62,954 nt of DNA from an uncultured virus (IMG/VR IMGVR_UViG_3300046836_000576) (taxonomy: Duplodnaviria > Heunggongvirae > Uroviricota > Caudoviricetes), in IMG/VR virus record IMGVR_UViG_3300046836_000576. One strand, given 5' to 3'. Made by a program: the position numbers and the translations under genes. Below are positions 26,389-35,043 of the stretch, in pieces. Within the stretch, counting starts at the first letter, position 1. The number at the start of each line of letters is the position of its first letter. The notes below the pieces were generated by a model, which was not told the DNA's origin, did not search any database, and saw nothing but the letters and a program-made list of their open reading frames with translations.

Positions 26389-27401
26389 ATCGGCGAGGCA
26401 GCCTGTGCTAACCCTGAGGATGCGGAACCACCCTGCATCCGAATGATCCTCTCGAGTTCGGCTTGCACCTTGTTGAGATGATCCTTCAAATCCAGAATCG
26501 CATTAAGGGAATCACGGGGATTTACCAATGCGGATAGATGCAGATGCTCAACTCCCTTGCTGGCCTGCCTGCTCAATCCACGGCAACCACCAATAAACTT
26601 TGTTCCCATAGTGGAGGAGGTCTTACCAACCCGGGACTTGATGCGACGCTGCTCTTCCTCGGCCTGATCGTGATACTTCTTAACCACGGCCATCTCAGCA
26701 TCCTGTCCCTTGGTCTTTACGGCATTGACATCACGAACCATATTCTCAACCGTTCTGCCCGTGACGGAGTAGTAATGGGGCAGTTCGGCCGCCTTCTGAT
26801 AGACGATATCTGAGCCGATTTTATTGAGAGCAATGATTGTGTTCTGGGGTTGATTGCCATTATCGAAGTCGAACCCCAGCTTCGATGCACGCTTAATCCC
26901 CTGATACTCATTCCAAGCACTCAATGCTGTGGCGGCGGGAATGTGGAACATCTTCGCCAGCTCAGGAATGGTAGTATTGGGAAACTTTTCGTGCATCGAG
27001 AAGATATGATGCGTGACATCTTGCCTGGTATCACGCTTGCCTTCGATACCGTTAAGCAAGCGCAGCAACAGCTCCTGACGATACTGATCAGGCTCAGTCA
27101 CGATATAAGCATCATGCCAGTCGAGTTTGCAGTCCTTGGTCGCCTTAATCCGGTGCATTCCTGTACCGACAAGGTATTTGGCTTGATCGACTGCAAAGAC
27201 AACAATCGCCGGAAATGGAGCGCCCTCAAGCATGGCTAGGCCATACTCGTTGACGAGCAAATCATCAATTTTTCGCCTTAGACGAGCTGGATTTTCCTCA
27301 CTCGCCTTGAGATCAATATCGCTGAATAGCAGTTTCTCCACATAGCGAAACTTGTAGTTACCCTGCTTAAATAGGGCTTCAGTTCCTGCGTGTTTTGTCA
27401 T
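26382..27401 (-). CDS. ParB/Srx-like N-terminal domain protein
   Basis: V.EY...M..G..FPAIVV....Y....GMHR..A motif. Confidence 0.7.
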   Translation of the reverse strand: MTKHAGTEALFKQGNYKFRYVEKLLFSDIDLKASEENPARLRRKIDDLLVNEYGLAMLEGAPFPAIVVFAVDQAKYLVGTGMHRIKATKDCKLDWHDAYIVTEPDQYRQELLLRLLNGIEGKRDTRQDVTHHIFSMHEKFPNTTIPELAKMFHIPAATALSAWNEYQGIKRASKLGFDFDNGNQPQNTIIALNKIGSDIVYQKAAELPHYYSVTGRTVENMVRDVNAVKTKGQDAEMAVVKKYHDQAEEEQRRIKSRVGKTSSTMGTKFIGGCRGLSRQASKGVEHLHLSALVNPRDSLNAILDLKDHLNKVQAELERIIRMQGGSASSGLAQAASPIC

Positions 27402-27435
27402 AATCCTTTCCTTTCAATGTACGTCAGCAGTTAGT

Positions 27436-27486
27436 ATATATATGCTCGCGCAACACATTGCAAGCTATTTTTGCGACGGCTTGCAA
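27436..27486 (-). promoter_or_regulatory. Promoter with one degenerate and one exact TTGC-N8-GCAA dyad
   Basis: Minus strand TTGCAATGTGTTGCGC-gagca-TATATA, plus an exact dyad at 27471-27486. Confidence 0.6.
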
Positions 27487-27491
27487 TTCAT

Positions 27492-28376
27492 TCATTCTTC
27501 CTCTATTAGTCCAGCTTCTCGTAATGCAGTTATATACGATTCGAGGTATGGAATCATTAGTTTCAACCGATTGACTAATTCGGTTGCAGATCGACCAAAA
27601 TCAATCTGTTCACCATTATCCGCCTCCCGACGTATATTATGTAAAAGTGCTTCTTGTATGGCAGTTACAAGTTTTCCAGGACTGTAATGTCGCGAATTCA
27701 TAAAGTTTGAGATACTCAGTAGTCGGTCATCAATTAGTACCTTATCTCGAAGTAAGTTTGTAATTCTGGTGGGGTGTAGATGGACTCTACCATATTGTTG
27801 GGTAAAGGCTAGATGGTCCTGAATTGGTGCGTCTATTGGTGGACGTTCAACTTCACCCGGTTGTGTCCATGGTGTTAGGGTCATTGGTGGTATAACAATA
27901 GGTGTTCGCCTAACTGGTGCTTGGCGAACAGGTGTTTGTCTGGTTAATGGTGGGGTGGTAGATCTTTGGGGTCGATTTTGTCTTAATTCCTTTATTTTGG
28001 CTGTTTGTTGAGTTTTGGTCATTCCTATGAAACGGTGTTGTTCAGGAATAGGTAGATCTCGAGCGATGAACACAATTGAACCAATTGCAAATTCTTTTCG
28101 ATCCATAAGCTCTATTATTTCTGGAATACCTTTCTCAACGACAGTCACTGCTTCATATGCTGTGCTTCTATTACTAAGACCAACTCGTTTTGCTGCATCA
28201 TCTGGACTTAGAAAAGCAACTCCAGTATACTGCAGTTGCTCTTGACGGTGGTCCCCACCATGCGGTCTCACAATCTTCTTGAACCAACCGGCTCGTTCAC
28301 TGATCTTGTAACCGTCTCGCATTTCGTTCTCGTCTATTTCAGGTATTATGATTTCATCGATGTTTATACTTGTCAT
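27492..28376 (-). CDS. ParB-associated HTH-like protein
   Basis: HGGDHR...AAKRVGLS.RST...A..V.EKG.PE resembles the HTH region of phage ParB-like proteins. Confidence 0.55.
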   Translation of the reverse strand: MTSINIDEIIIPEIDENEMRDGYKISERAGWFKKIVRPHGGDHRQEQLQYTGVAFLSPDDAAKRVGLSNRSTAYEAVTVVEKGIPEIIELMDRKEFAIGSIVFIARDLPIPEQHRFIGMTKTQQTAKIKELRQNRPQRSTTPPLTRQTPVRQAPVRRTPIVIPPMTLTPWTQPGEVERPPIDAPIQDHLAFTQQYGRVHLHPTRITNLLRDKVLIDDRLLSISNFMNSRHYSPGKLVTAIQEALLHNIRREADNGEQIDFGRSATELVNRLKLMIPYLESYITALREAGLIEEE

Positions 28377-28388
28377 TGTTCTATCTCA

Positions 28389-28427
28389 TAAAAGAGGAAG
28401 GCGGACGGCTGTTGCCGCCCGCCCCCT
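28389..28427 (-). terminator. Rho-independent terminator
   Basis: Minus strand GGCGGGCGGC-aaca-GCCGTCCGCC followed by TTCCTCTTTT. Confidence 0.7.
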
Positions 28428-28439
28428 TTGATCAGTTTC

Positions 28440-29429
28440 TTATTGTGCTGCTTCGGCCAGTTCTGCAGGTTCGATAAAGCGCGGGAAACGCTCATCGGTG
28501 CGCAGAAAGAGACCATTGCGACCAATTCCCTTATCCTGTTTAAACAGATTGAATGCCTTGATCAGCAGAGCGAGACGTGGACCATACTTAAGATCCATGT
28601 CGTTCTCCTGAGTAGACAACAACTTGTTACGCAGGTGCAGGATGGGATCATGTTCGTCAAGATTTGCTCCGGAACCCAGAGGACGGAAGAAATCCTCAAG
28701 CACATCGTTCCCGTAAAGCGTCAAGATCTTCGAAGCACTAAAGATCGCCGCCGGTTTGTTACCGATGACTTTGACTGCCGTAGGGTAGTTGGCCGAAACG
28801 TGATGTGCAGCGGCTCCCACCTCAGGATGCTGGCGACTATAATTCAGCACTTCAATATTAGTGAAGGGCCGAATGACAGGTTGCTTGTTGGTAACGACCA
28901 GTGCATTATGGTCGTATCGCCAAGCCAGCTTAATCGCACCCGCGACCGAAGCCGCCATGCCGTTTGCACCAGCTGTGTACAAGGCATCTGCCGCGTTCCT
29001 CGGCTTAGAATCGTCAATGAACGCAAACAGAGAGTCATGCACTGGTATATCACACACCACGTAAGTTTCGAATGTGACACCTGACATGTAGCAAGCCCAT
29101 AGCCGATGCTGTGCATCCCACACTTGGCCATCAGTTGTGATCAAAATTGCCTGACCAGTCTTGATCCACATGTCCGCAATCATGCAAGCGGCATACTTAC
29201 GGATAGCTGAAAGTGAAAGCTTCCGATTTACCTTGTTACGCCGAAGGAGCTTCTCGGCGATTTCTGGTGTGATTGTGCACCAACCAGTGGTAACAGGAAG
29301 TTCGGTGGGAGGAAGTTGTGTAGCTGACCATTCATCGAACCTAGTGACCAACTCCTGAAAAGCTAGTGCACTACAAGTATCAAGGTCGATGGTGACAGCT
29401 GGACTCCAAGTGGTATTAGGTTCTGGCAT
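28440..29429 (-). CDS. ParB-like nuclease-domain protein
   Basis: ITPEIA.KLL.RN..NR.LS...Y...M....W...GQAI.....G...DAQHRL.A; start corrected to 29429. Confidence 0.75.
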   Translation of the reverse strand: MPEPNTTWSPAVTIDLDTCSALAFQELVTRFDEWSATQLPPTELPVTTGWCTITPEIAEKLLRRNKVNRKLSLSAIRKYAACMIADMWIKTGQAILITTDGQVWDAQHRLWACYMSGVTFETYVVCDIPVHDSLFAFIDDSKPRNAADALYTAGANGMAASVAGAIKLAWRYDHNALVVTNKQPVIRPFTNIEVLNYSRQHPEVGAAAHHVSANYPTAVKVIGNKPAAIFSASKILTLYGNDVLEDFFRPLGSGANLDEHDPILHLRNKLLSTQENDMDLKYGPRLALLIKAFNLFKQDKGIGRNGLFLRTDERFPRFIEPAELAEAAQ

Positions 29430-29622
29430 TTTTACCCTTTCTTCTGTGCGGACGACAAATTGTCTGTTGCACGCGCTTAATGTAGCGGAGTTCAAATTCG
29501 ATTGCAAGATAAAAATTTTGCGTGTACTGCAATTGCAGATTATTGCATAACAGCTATGCAAAAACGCTTCAATCAACGCATTTTCTGCTTGCAATGAATT
29601 GCAAAATATGCTAGGCTCATAA

Positions 29623-29726
29623 TGCAGCAGGTTGCTGCGACCGTGTGCACAACGGGGTTCAATAACAGGGCAATCGCTCTGCCAACTATCTGGGTAGGAA
29701 TGGCGAACCAGCAGCGACTTGTTGTA
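29623..29726 (+). ncRNA. Candidate ~105-nt structured RNA
   Basis: 16-bp terminal stem with G-U pairs, internal hairpins, and a start right after the promoter at 29589-29617. Confidence 0.5.
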
Positions 29727-29749
29727 CTATCTTTGGAAAGGACAGCATC

Positions 29750-29920
29750 GTGGTATCAGCAAAAACATTACAAGAGATTGCAAAGGTCATCTTAAGGCAT
29801 GTTACACCTGAAGTGGCTGATGCGATATGCCAAGACCTGATGAAGGTTCAGGGAAACAAGAGTTATACAGATACAGTTCATCATCTGGGAATTCTGCTTC
29901 AAAGGATCACCCTAATCTAG
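29750..29920 (+). CDS. Small hypothetical protein (56 aa, below the ORF track cutoff)
   Basis: GAAAGGA RBS, GTG start, MVSAKTLQEIAKVILRHV... Confidence 0.45.
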   Translation: MVSAKTLQEIAKVILRHVTPEVADAICQDLMKVQGNKSYTDTVHHLGILLQRITLI

Positions 29921-29925
29921 CCTTG

Positions 29926-29968
29926 AATTGAGTCTTGATTTCAGGCCTTTCTAAGTCAAGACTCAATT
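29926..29968. repeat. 13-bp perfect inverted repeat
   Basis: AATTGAGTCTTGA-N17-TCAAGACTCAATT. Confidence 0.8.
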
Positions 29969-30134
29969 AGCCTTTTCACTAATTCATAAAGTGATAAATA
30001 ACTAAATTAACCTTTAGGTTAATGATGCGCGCGACCGTGCGTGCGCAGGCGTGCGTCATGCGCGCATATATACGCGTACGCGCGCAAGACGATGTAAGAG
30101 TCAAGAAATTTTTGGTGCTGGCTCAAATCAGGTA

Positions 30135-30165
30135 TTGCTTTTCGTCGCAAGATCAGTTATATATA
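30135..30165 (+). promoter_or_regulatory. Phage promoter with TTGC-N8-GCAA dyad
   Basis: TTGCTTTTCGTCGCAA-gatcagt-TATATA. Confidence 0.7.
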
Positions 30166-30253
30166 TCTTTGGAGGTGTAGTACCTCCCAGGCCGGTTTTG
30201 ATGCGTTCCGGCAACCCATCAATAAACGCACGCGGGCCAGGAGGCCCTATTAA

Positions 30254-30706
30254 ATGCCTGATGGTAACTTCAAACCACCCGCTCCACCCCTTCCAGCGAC
30301 TATTGCTGATTGGGATGCAGCACGAGTCAATCGCAATTTGCCGAGGAGTCTCAATGATATTGTTGAAGAGATTCATCGTCGGCTAGTTGTCGATGATTCA
30401 GAGACTGGTCGTGATTATCGTAAGTATCTGTTTGCTATTTGGCCAAGCGAAGCGATCGAAGGTGCGATCGTTTATGACGACGCCAAGGCAGCGATGATCA
30501 TCCAGCAATTTGCGCAGGATGTTGGCATTGAAATTCCTGCGAGTAGCAACAAGATCGACCCGATCGTAAAGTCGCTGCACGTAACGCTAAGTCGTTATGA
30601 GCAGTCGAGAAAGCAACGTCGGGATGTGGTCCAAGGCATTCCTGTTACTCGTCGTCGTGGTCGTCCGCGTCGTAATCAGACCGACGATAACAACAACAAC
30701 GAGTAG
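30254..30706 (+). CDS. Hypothetical protein with C-terminal AT-hook-like RRGRPR
   Basis: AGGAGG RBS; followed by a terminator-like hairpin at 30716-30745. Confidence 0.65.
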   Translation: MPDGNFKPPAPPLPATIADWDAARVNRNLPRSLNDIVEEIHRRLVVDDSETGRDYRKYLFAIWPSEAIEGAIVYDDAKAAMIIQQFAQDVGIEIPASSNKIDPIVKSLHVTLSRYEQSRKQRRDVVQGIPVTRRRGRPRRNQTDDNNNNE

Positions 30707-30758
30707 GTATCTTGGGTGAGGGGGATCAGCCCCCCTCACTTTTTATAAGGATGTAACA

Positions 30759-31871
30759 ATGCCTGAGGATAATGTCTTTCCAATGCCAACACCGTTAGAT
30801 CGACTAGCTGCCTTAATCCCACGAGATCTTGAGCGGCAGAAACTTGGCCGTCAAGAATGGATTGAAGGGTCATTCAATCTTTGTATCCACCTCGCTGAAG
30901 CTAAGGCACTTCATCCAGCGACTGTTGAATTCAGTCAGTGGTGTACTGATAACGGTTTTGGTGAGACCGTTATTAGTTCTGATAAAAGAGCCGCCGCTAT
31001 TAAAATGGGTCAGCAACCTGAGGCTTTACGTGTAGCATTAGAAATAACAAAACGTAGTTCGTTAGAAACAATCTACGATAACGACTTTAGAAGCTCGACT
31101 TCGGAACGTTCCGAAGTCGATAGCCGCGCGGATAGCTCAAACGAACCAACACCAACACCAACACCAACACCAACACCAACACCAACACCAACACCAACAC
31201 CAACACCAACACCAACACCAACACCAACACCAACTAATACAACTACATCAAGACCAACACCAACACCAACTAATACAACTACATCAAGACCAAGAACGGA
31301 GAGACCAGTGCAAGAGCCACCTCGTGATAGGGTAGACGAGGTTCTTCGTCGACTGGATGCAGGAGAACCAGTCACTAGGGTTGTAATTGCTGAAGTGTTT
31401 AATTGTGGTGAAACCGCAGCATCAAATGCAATCCTTGTAGCGCAAGTGGAACGTCGGATTAGACAGGAACCCACTCCAGTTGCTGTTACTGAGATGCCGG
31501 AGAATATGCGACAACGTTACGAAGCCGCAGTTCGAAAGGCAAGGCGGGAGTTGAAAGTAGAAATCACTGCTGAAGTAAGAGCAGAAGTTCATGCTAATTA
31601 CGATGTAATGATTTCGGGTGTGAGGAGACGACTTGAGCGGGCAGATCGACTTATTGCGCGTGATCGTGGTCTTATGCTTCGTCAGGATTATCGAAAACTT
31701 CTCGCTGCCTTGCATGTGGATCATAATACGTATGAACATGCGCGCGAGATGTTTGAACTAGTAAAACGGCTAGAAGATGTTCTGGTAAAACCAGATGATC
31801 CACCTAGCCTAACTTTACCAACCAGTGCTGCGGGTCTTGCCGAATGGGCTAGACAACATAGAAGCAACTAG
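30759..31871 (+). CDS. Hypothetical DNA-binding-like protein with (PT)15 linker
   Basis: 370-aa ORF with AAGGA RBS and a helical C-terminal half. Confidence 0.7.
   Translation: MPEDNVFPMPTPLDRLAALIPRDLERQKLGRQEWIEGSFNLCIHLAEAKALHPATVEFSQWCTDNGFGETVISSDKRAAAIKMGQQPEALRVALEITKRSSLETIYDNDFRSSTSERSEVDSRADSSNEPTPTPTPTPTPTPTPTPTPTPTPTPTPTPTNTTTSRPTPTPTNTTTSRPRTERPVQEPPRDRVDEVLRRLDAGEPVTRVVIAEVFNCGETAASNAILVAQVERRIRQEPTPVAVTEMPENMRQRYEAAVRKARRELKVEITAEVRAEVHANYDVMISGVRRRLERADRLIARDRGLMLRQDYRKLLAALHVDHNTYEHAREMFELVKRLEDVLVKPDDPPSLTLPTSAAGLAEWARQHRSN
31145..31288 (+). repeat. Perfect (ACCAAC)15 microsatellite plus 36-bp tandem duplication
   Basis: 15 copies at 31145-31234; the 36-bp unit occurs at 31217-31252 and 31253-31288. 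Confidence 0.9.
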
Positions 31872-31900
31872 CGAATGTAAGCCTTTAATTCTTAAAGGCT

Positions 31901-31933
31901 AAAAAGGCCCCGCCTTCGGGCGGGGCTTTTTTA
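31901..31933 (+). terminator. Rho-independent terminator
   Basis: GCCCCGCC-ttcg-GGCGGGGC followed by TTTTTT. Confidence 0.9.
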
Positions 31934-31993
31934 TGTCTGATTTAATAATTCTAGATTGAATAGCCGTATATTAGCTAGGCGGAGGGAAGCCTA

Positions 31994-32773
31994 GTGATCG
32001 TTAAGCATGTCGAAATTAAACCAAAACAAGTAATCAGGAAATTTGAGTTTGAGCGGACTGAACGCTTTGTTCGGAATGCTGATAAGTGGTATCGTATTGT
32101 AGCTGAAATGCTGGCTGAGATTAGACTTGATCGCGCGCATATGCGGACCAGTGATCAACAGATTGTCAATTGGGTTAAGCAGATTAAGAGGTTTTCAAAG
32201 CAGTTAGCTGGTGGGGAACCTCCTATAGTCAGACTCTACACTCTGATTAAGTGGTACAAAGATCATTATGACGATGATGAGTACATCCCTAGGGTTGAGT
32301 CTGCTACATCATTAGTCAGCAAGTTTGAGAGGCTTGAAGCTGCGATGATTCGTAGGGTCAAGTTAAAGACGGCTAACGGACATGATTTGTCAATCAAACA
32401 GGTGTTGCAGCAGAACGGTATTACACATCCTCGCATTGTTGATACAATCGAGAGGGATCTAGTTATTCCAGCCCGAAGGCTTCATCTGTCAGATATGACT
32501 AATGATGCGGTATTGACCGATAAGATTGTTGGACTGTATAACGAGATCCAGAATGAACGAGCAACGGTAAGACTCTCCCCTGCCGTTAAGCTGAACATTG
32601 GTGGCCCATTGGAAGTTATGCGCAGGTATATTAGTTGGCTAGCTGAAAAGGATTGGGATGCCAGTAGTAGAGTATTGAAATCAGACAGTCCAGCCTTTAA
32701 CCAGTTTAGGCGGGATTTTCGTAATATGGAGGGTAATGACCCAGTAAACGGTAAGGAAAGGGTCTATGAATGA
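31994..32773 (+). CDS. Hypothetical protein (possible replication-associated protein)
   Basis: GGAGG RBS; first gene of the operon leading to the helicase. Confidence 0.65.
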   Translation: MIVKHVEIKPKQVIRKFEFERTERFVRNADKWYRIVAEMLAEIRLDRAHMRTSDQQIVNWVKQIKRFSKQLAGGEPPIVRLYTLIKWYKDHYDDDEYIPRVESATSLVSKFERLEAAMIRRVKLKTANGHDLSIKQVLQQNGITHPRIVDTIERDLVIPARRLHLSDMTNDAVLTDKIVGLYNEIQNERATVRLSPAVKLNIGGPLEVMRRYISWLAEKDWDASSRVLKSDSPAFNQFRRDFRNMEGNDPVNGKERVYE

Positions 32774-33006
32774 GGAAGAAGATTATGTCACCTAGTCGTG
32801 GGTTTTACAAGAGAGAAGACCGGGTATTCTGTCGATGTGAATTGTGTCGCTTGCGTTTCGGTCGCTTGCTTTACCGAAGAAACTCTAGTGGTCCGGCTTT
32901 GGGTATGGGTCGAGACGGTTGGAGTGAGTACAAACATGCCTATCCTGTATCAAGATGGGGTGGGCATCGAACTCGCTTTCCTCCCAAGGAAAGGGTTTAT
33001 GAATGA
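32770..33006 (+). CDS. Small Cys/Arg-rich hypothetical protein flanked by 22-bp direct repeats
   Basis: CRCELC motif; ATGA coupling at both ends. Confidence 0.5.
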   Translation: MRKKIMSPSRGFYKREDRVFCRCELCRLRFGRLLYRRNSSGPALGMGRDGWSEYKHAYPVSRWGGHRTRFPPKERVYE

Positions 33007-33197
33007 GTTATCCTGTTGCTTATGCTTTTATCTTTTACTTTGTAATGGGTGGTTTCTTTGCAAGTGGTGTTTACCGGGGAATGCGTAAGAACCCTCGCTA
33101 TACTAGACGTGTGATTGTGTGGGTCACCGTTGTTATGGTTGTCTTTATTTGGCCTTATGGTATCTACCTTTTGTTGAAGGAAAGCGGGTATGTCTGA
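33003..33197 (+). CDS. Small two-TM membrane protein
   Basis: Two hydrophobic segments and a WP motif. Confidence 0.55.
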   Translation: MSYPVAYAFIFYFVMGGFFASGVYRGMRKNPRYTRRVIVWVTVVMVVFIWPYGIYLLLKESGYV

Positions 33198-33216
33198 AAG
33201 TAGGTGGGGCGACCGA

Positions 33217-33437
33217 TGACTGAGCTGATCGGCAGCTCGACATATTCCGGCGACGCTTGCCCGTCCTGCGGCTATCGCTACGGCCATGTTGAGCAAGACC
33301 ACAAACCGGTGATTACGGTCTACTACTCTGATCGTGCCGACCTCGCCATCGTCGGGTTTCGCTGCCCGCAATGTAACTACGAGTACATGCCCAAGAGATG
33401 TTGTCCTGAAACAATTGTAAGGCGGAAGGATAATTAG
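33217..33437 (+). CDS. Zn-ribbon protein
   Basis: CPSCG...CPQC motifs. Confidence 0.5.
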
Positions 33438-35036
33438 ATGTCTGAATTTATTGAGCGTAGGATAGTAACCGGACTGATCGTAAGCAATGAATTTGCTCGA
33501 AAGATAGTCGCCTATTGGCGAGATGACTTGCTGGTCGCACCGGAATTACAGAAACTGGCTCGTTGGTGTGTAGACTTTTATGAGCAATACCACAAGGTAC
33601 CCGATCGTGATATTGAAATGATCTTTTTTGATCACCTGCGCTCCAATCGGATATCGAAACCAGAAGGTGAGTTGATTGAACAGATTCTGACTCGTATCAG
33701 CGATGATTACGAGCGTGGTGATCAATACAATGCAGGGTATCTGTTTGACCGAGCAGTCGCCTATTTCCGCTCCAGGGAACAGGAAAACCTAAAGGAACAA
33801 CTGGAAGATCTGACAGATAGGGGAGAAGTAGAGAGGGCAGATGATCTGCTTAGGTCCTACACTCCAACCAGTTACATTACTTCACTTGGGTTGGAAGTTG
33901 GTAGTGAAGAAGGTTACCGAGCAATTGAAGAAGCCTTTTCAATTGTCTCTCAACCTGTAGTAAAGTATCCCGGTGCCTTTGGTCGGATGGTCAATCCACA
34001 TATGATTAGGGGTGGATTTGTTGCATTCTTGGCACCAGAAAAGCGTGGTAAGACTTGGTTGATGATGGATATTGCGTTTAGGGGATTACGACAAAAGGCA
34101 AATGTGGCATTCTTTCAAGCGGGTGACTTAACCCAGTCTCAGATGCTGCGCAGAACTTGTATTTATATGTCGCGGAGATCAGATCAGGAAGAGTATTGTA
34201 AATCTTACTATCGTCCGGTGGGGGATTGTGTAAAGAATCAATTCAATACTTGTCATAGATCGGATCGTAATTGTAACTTTGGTATTCACGATGAAGAGAT
34301 AGATTCCTTTGATGAAGATCCTCGCGAGTTTGAGAATTATGATAAACTGAGCGACTTGGCAAAACGTAATTCTAAGTATCAACCTTGTGACAGTGCGACC
34401 TGTAATGAAAGGAGGGGAACTGTATGGTTGAAAAAGGAGCCTGCGCGTCAACCTTTAACGGCAAAACTTGCGGTAGAGTCTGCCCGTGGGTTCTTTGATA
34501 GGTATAAACGTCGATTCAAAGTAATGACTGTTCCCTCGGATTCGCTTAGTGCTGATGATCTGCGCGGAGCATTGGATGAATGGGAGCACAAGGATGATTT
34601 TGTCCCTGACATTATTGTGGTGGATTATGCAGACCTGATGACGGCAAGAGTAGCTGAGTTCCGTCACAGGATAGATGCTGTCTGGAAGGGCTTGCGCGCG
34701 ATCAGTCAGGAGAGACACTCTCTGGTGGTCACAGCAACTCAAGCGGATGCGAGAAGTTATGCCCAGAACACGTTAAATCTGTCTAACTTCTCAGAGGACA
34801 AGCGTAAGTACGCCCACGTTACGGCAATGTATGGGCTGAATCAAGACCCTAAGGGTCGCGAAAAGATGCTGGGTATTATGCGCATCAACGAACTAGTCGT
34901 TCGGGAGGGCATCTTTAATGCCAATAATGACGTGATTATCTTACAGGATTTGCGGTCAGGGCGACCGTTTCTTGAGTCCTACGATAAGCTGAGCCATCAC
35001 ATGAGAGGACCCGCCGAAGCGGGTCCTGATTGTTAG
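33438..35036 (+). CDS. DnaB-like (SF4) replicative helicase with Cys-rich insertion
   Basis: Walker A APEKRGKT, Walker B IIVVDYADL, TATQA and SEDKRK motifs. Confidence 0.85.
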   Translation: MSEFIERRIVTGLIVSNEFARKIVAYWRDDLLVAPELQKLARWCVDFYEQYHKVPDRDIEMIFFDHLRSNRISKPEGELIEQILTRISDDYERGDQYNAGYLFDRAVAYFRSREQENLKEQLEDLTDRGEVERADDLLRSYTPTSYITSLGLEVGSEEGYRAIEEAFSIVSQPVVKYPGAFGRMVNPHMIRGGFVAFLAPEKRGKTWLMMDIAFRGLRQKANVAFFQAGDLTQSQMLRRTCIYMSRRSDQEEYCKSYYRPVGDCVKNQFNTCHRSDRNCNFGIHDEEIDSFDEDPREFENYDKLSDLAKRNSKYQPCDSATCNERRGTVWLKKEPARQPLTAKLAVESARGFFDRYKRRFKVMTVPSDSLSADDLRGALDEWEHKDDFVPDIIVVDYADLMTARVAEFRHRIDAVWKGLRAISQERHSLVVTATQADARSYAQNTLNLSNFSEDKRKYAHVTAMYGLNQDPKGREKMLGIMRINELVVREGIFNANNDVIILQDLRSGRPFLESYDKLSHHMRGPAEAGPDC

Positions 35037-35043
35037 CGTTTCT

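Noticed and set aside
28428..29084. Long antisense ORFs (also 35551..36261, 45616..46257, 31073..31474 and others)
   Set aside because: They lie opposite well-supported genes and have no motifs or RBS; the VG repeat ORF is just the reverse of the PT tract.
29640..29712. tRNA gene (GGTTCAA motif)
   Set aside because: No acceptor stem, D-arm or anticodon-arm geometry around the motif; kept only as an unclassified structured RNA candidate.
31145..31288. CRISPR array
   Set aside because: It is a spacer-less hexamer microsatellite in frame within a CDS, and there are no cas genes.
34180..34440. Intein in the helicase
   Set aside because: The segment is too short and has no C/S...HN-C/S/T splice junctions.
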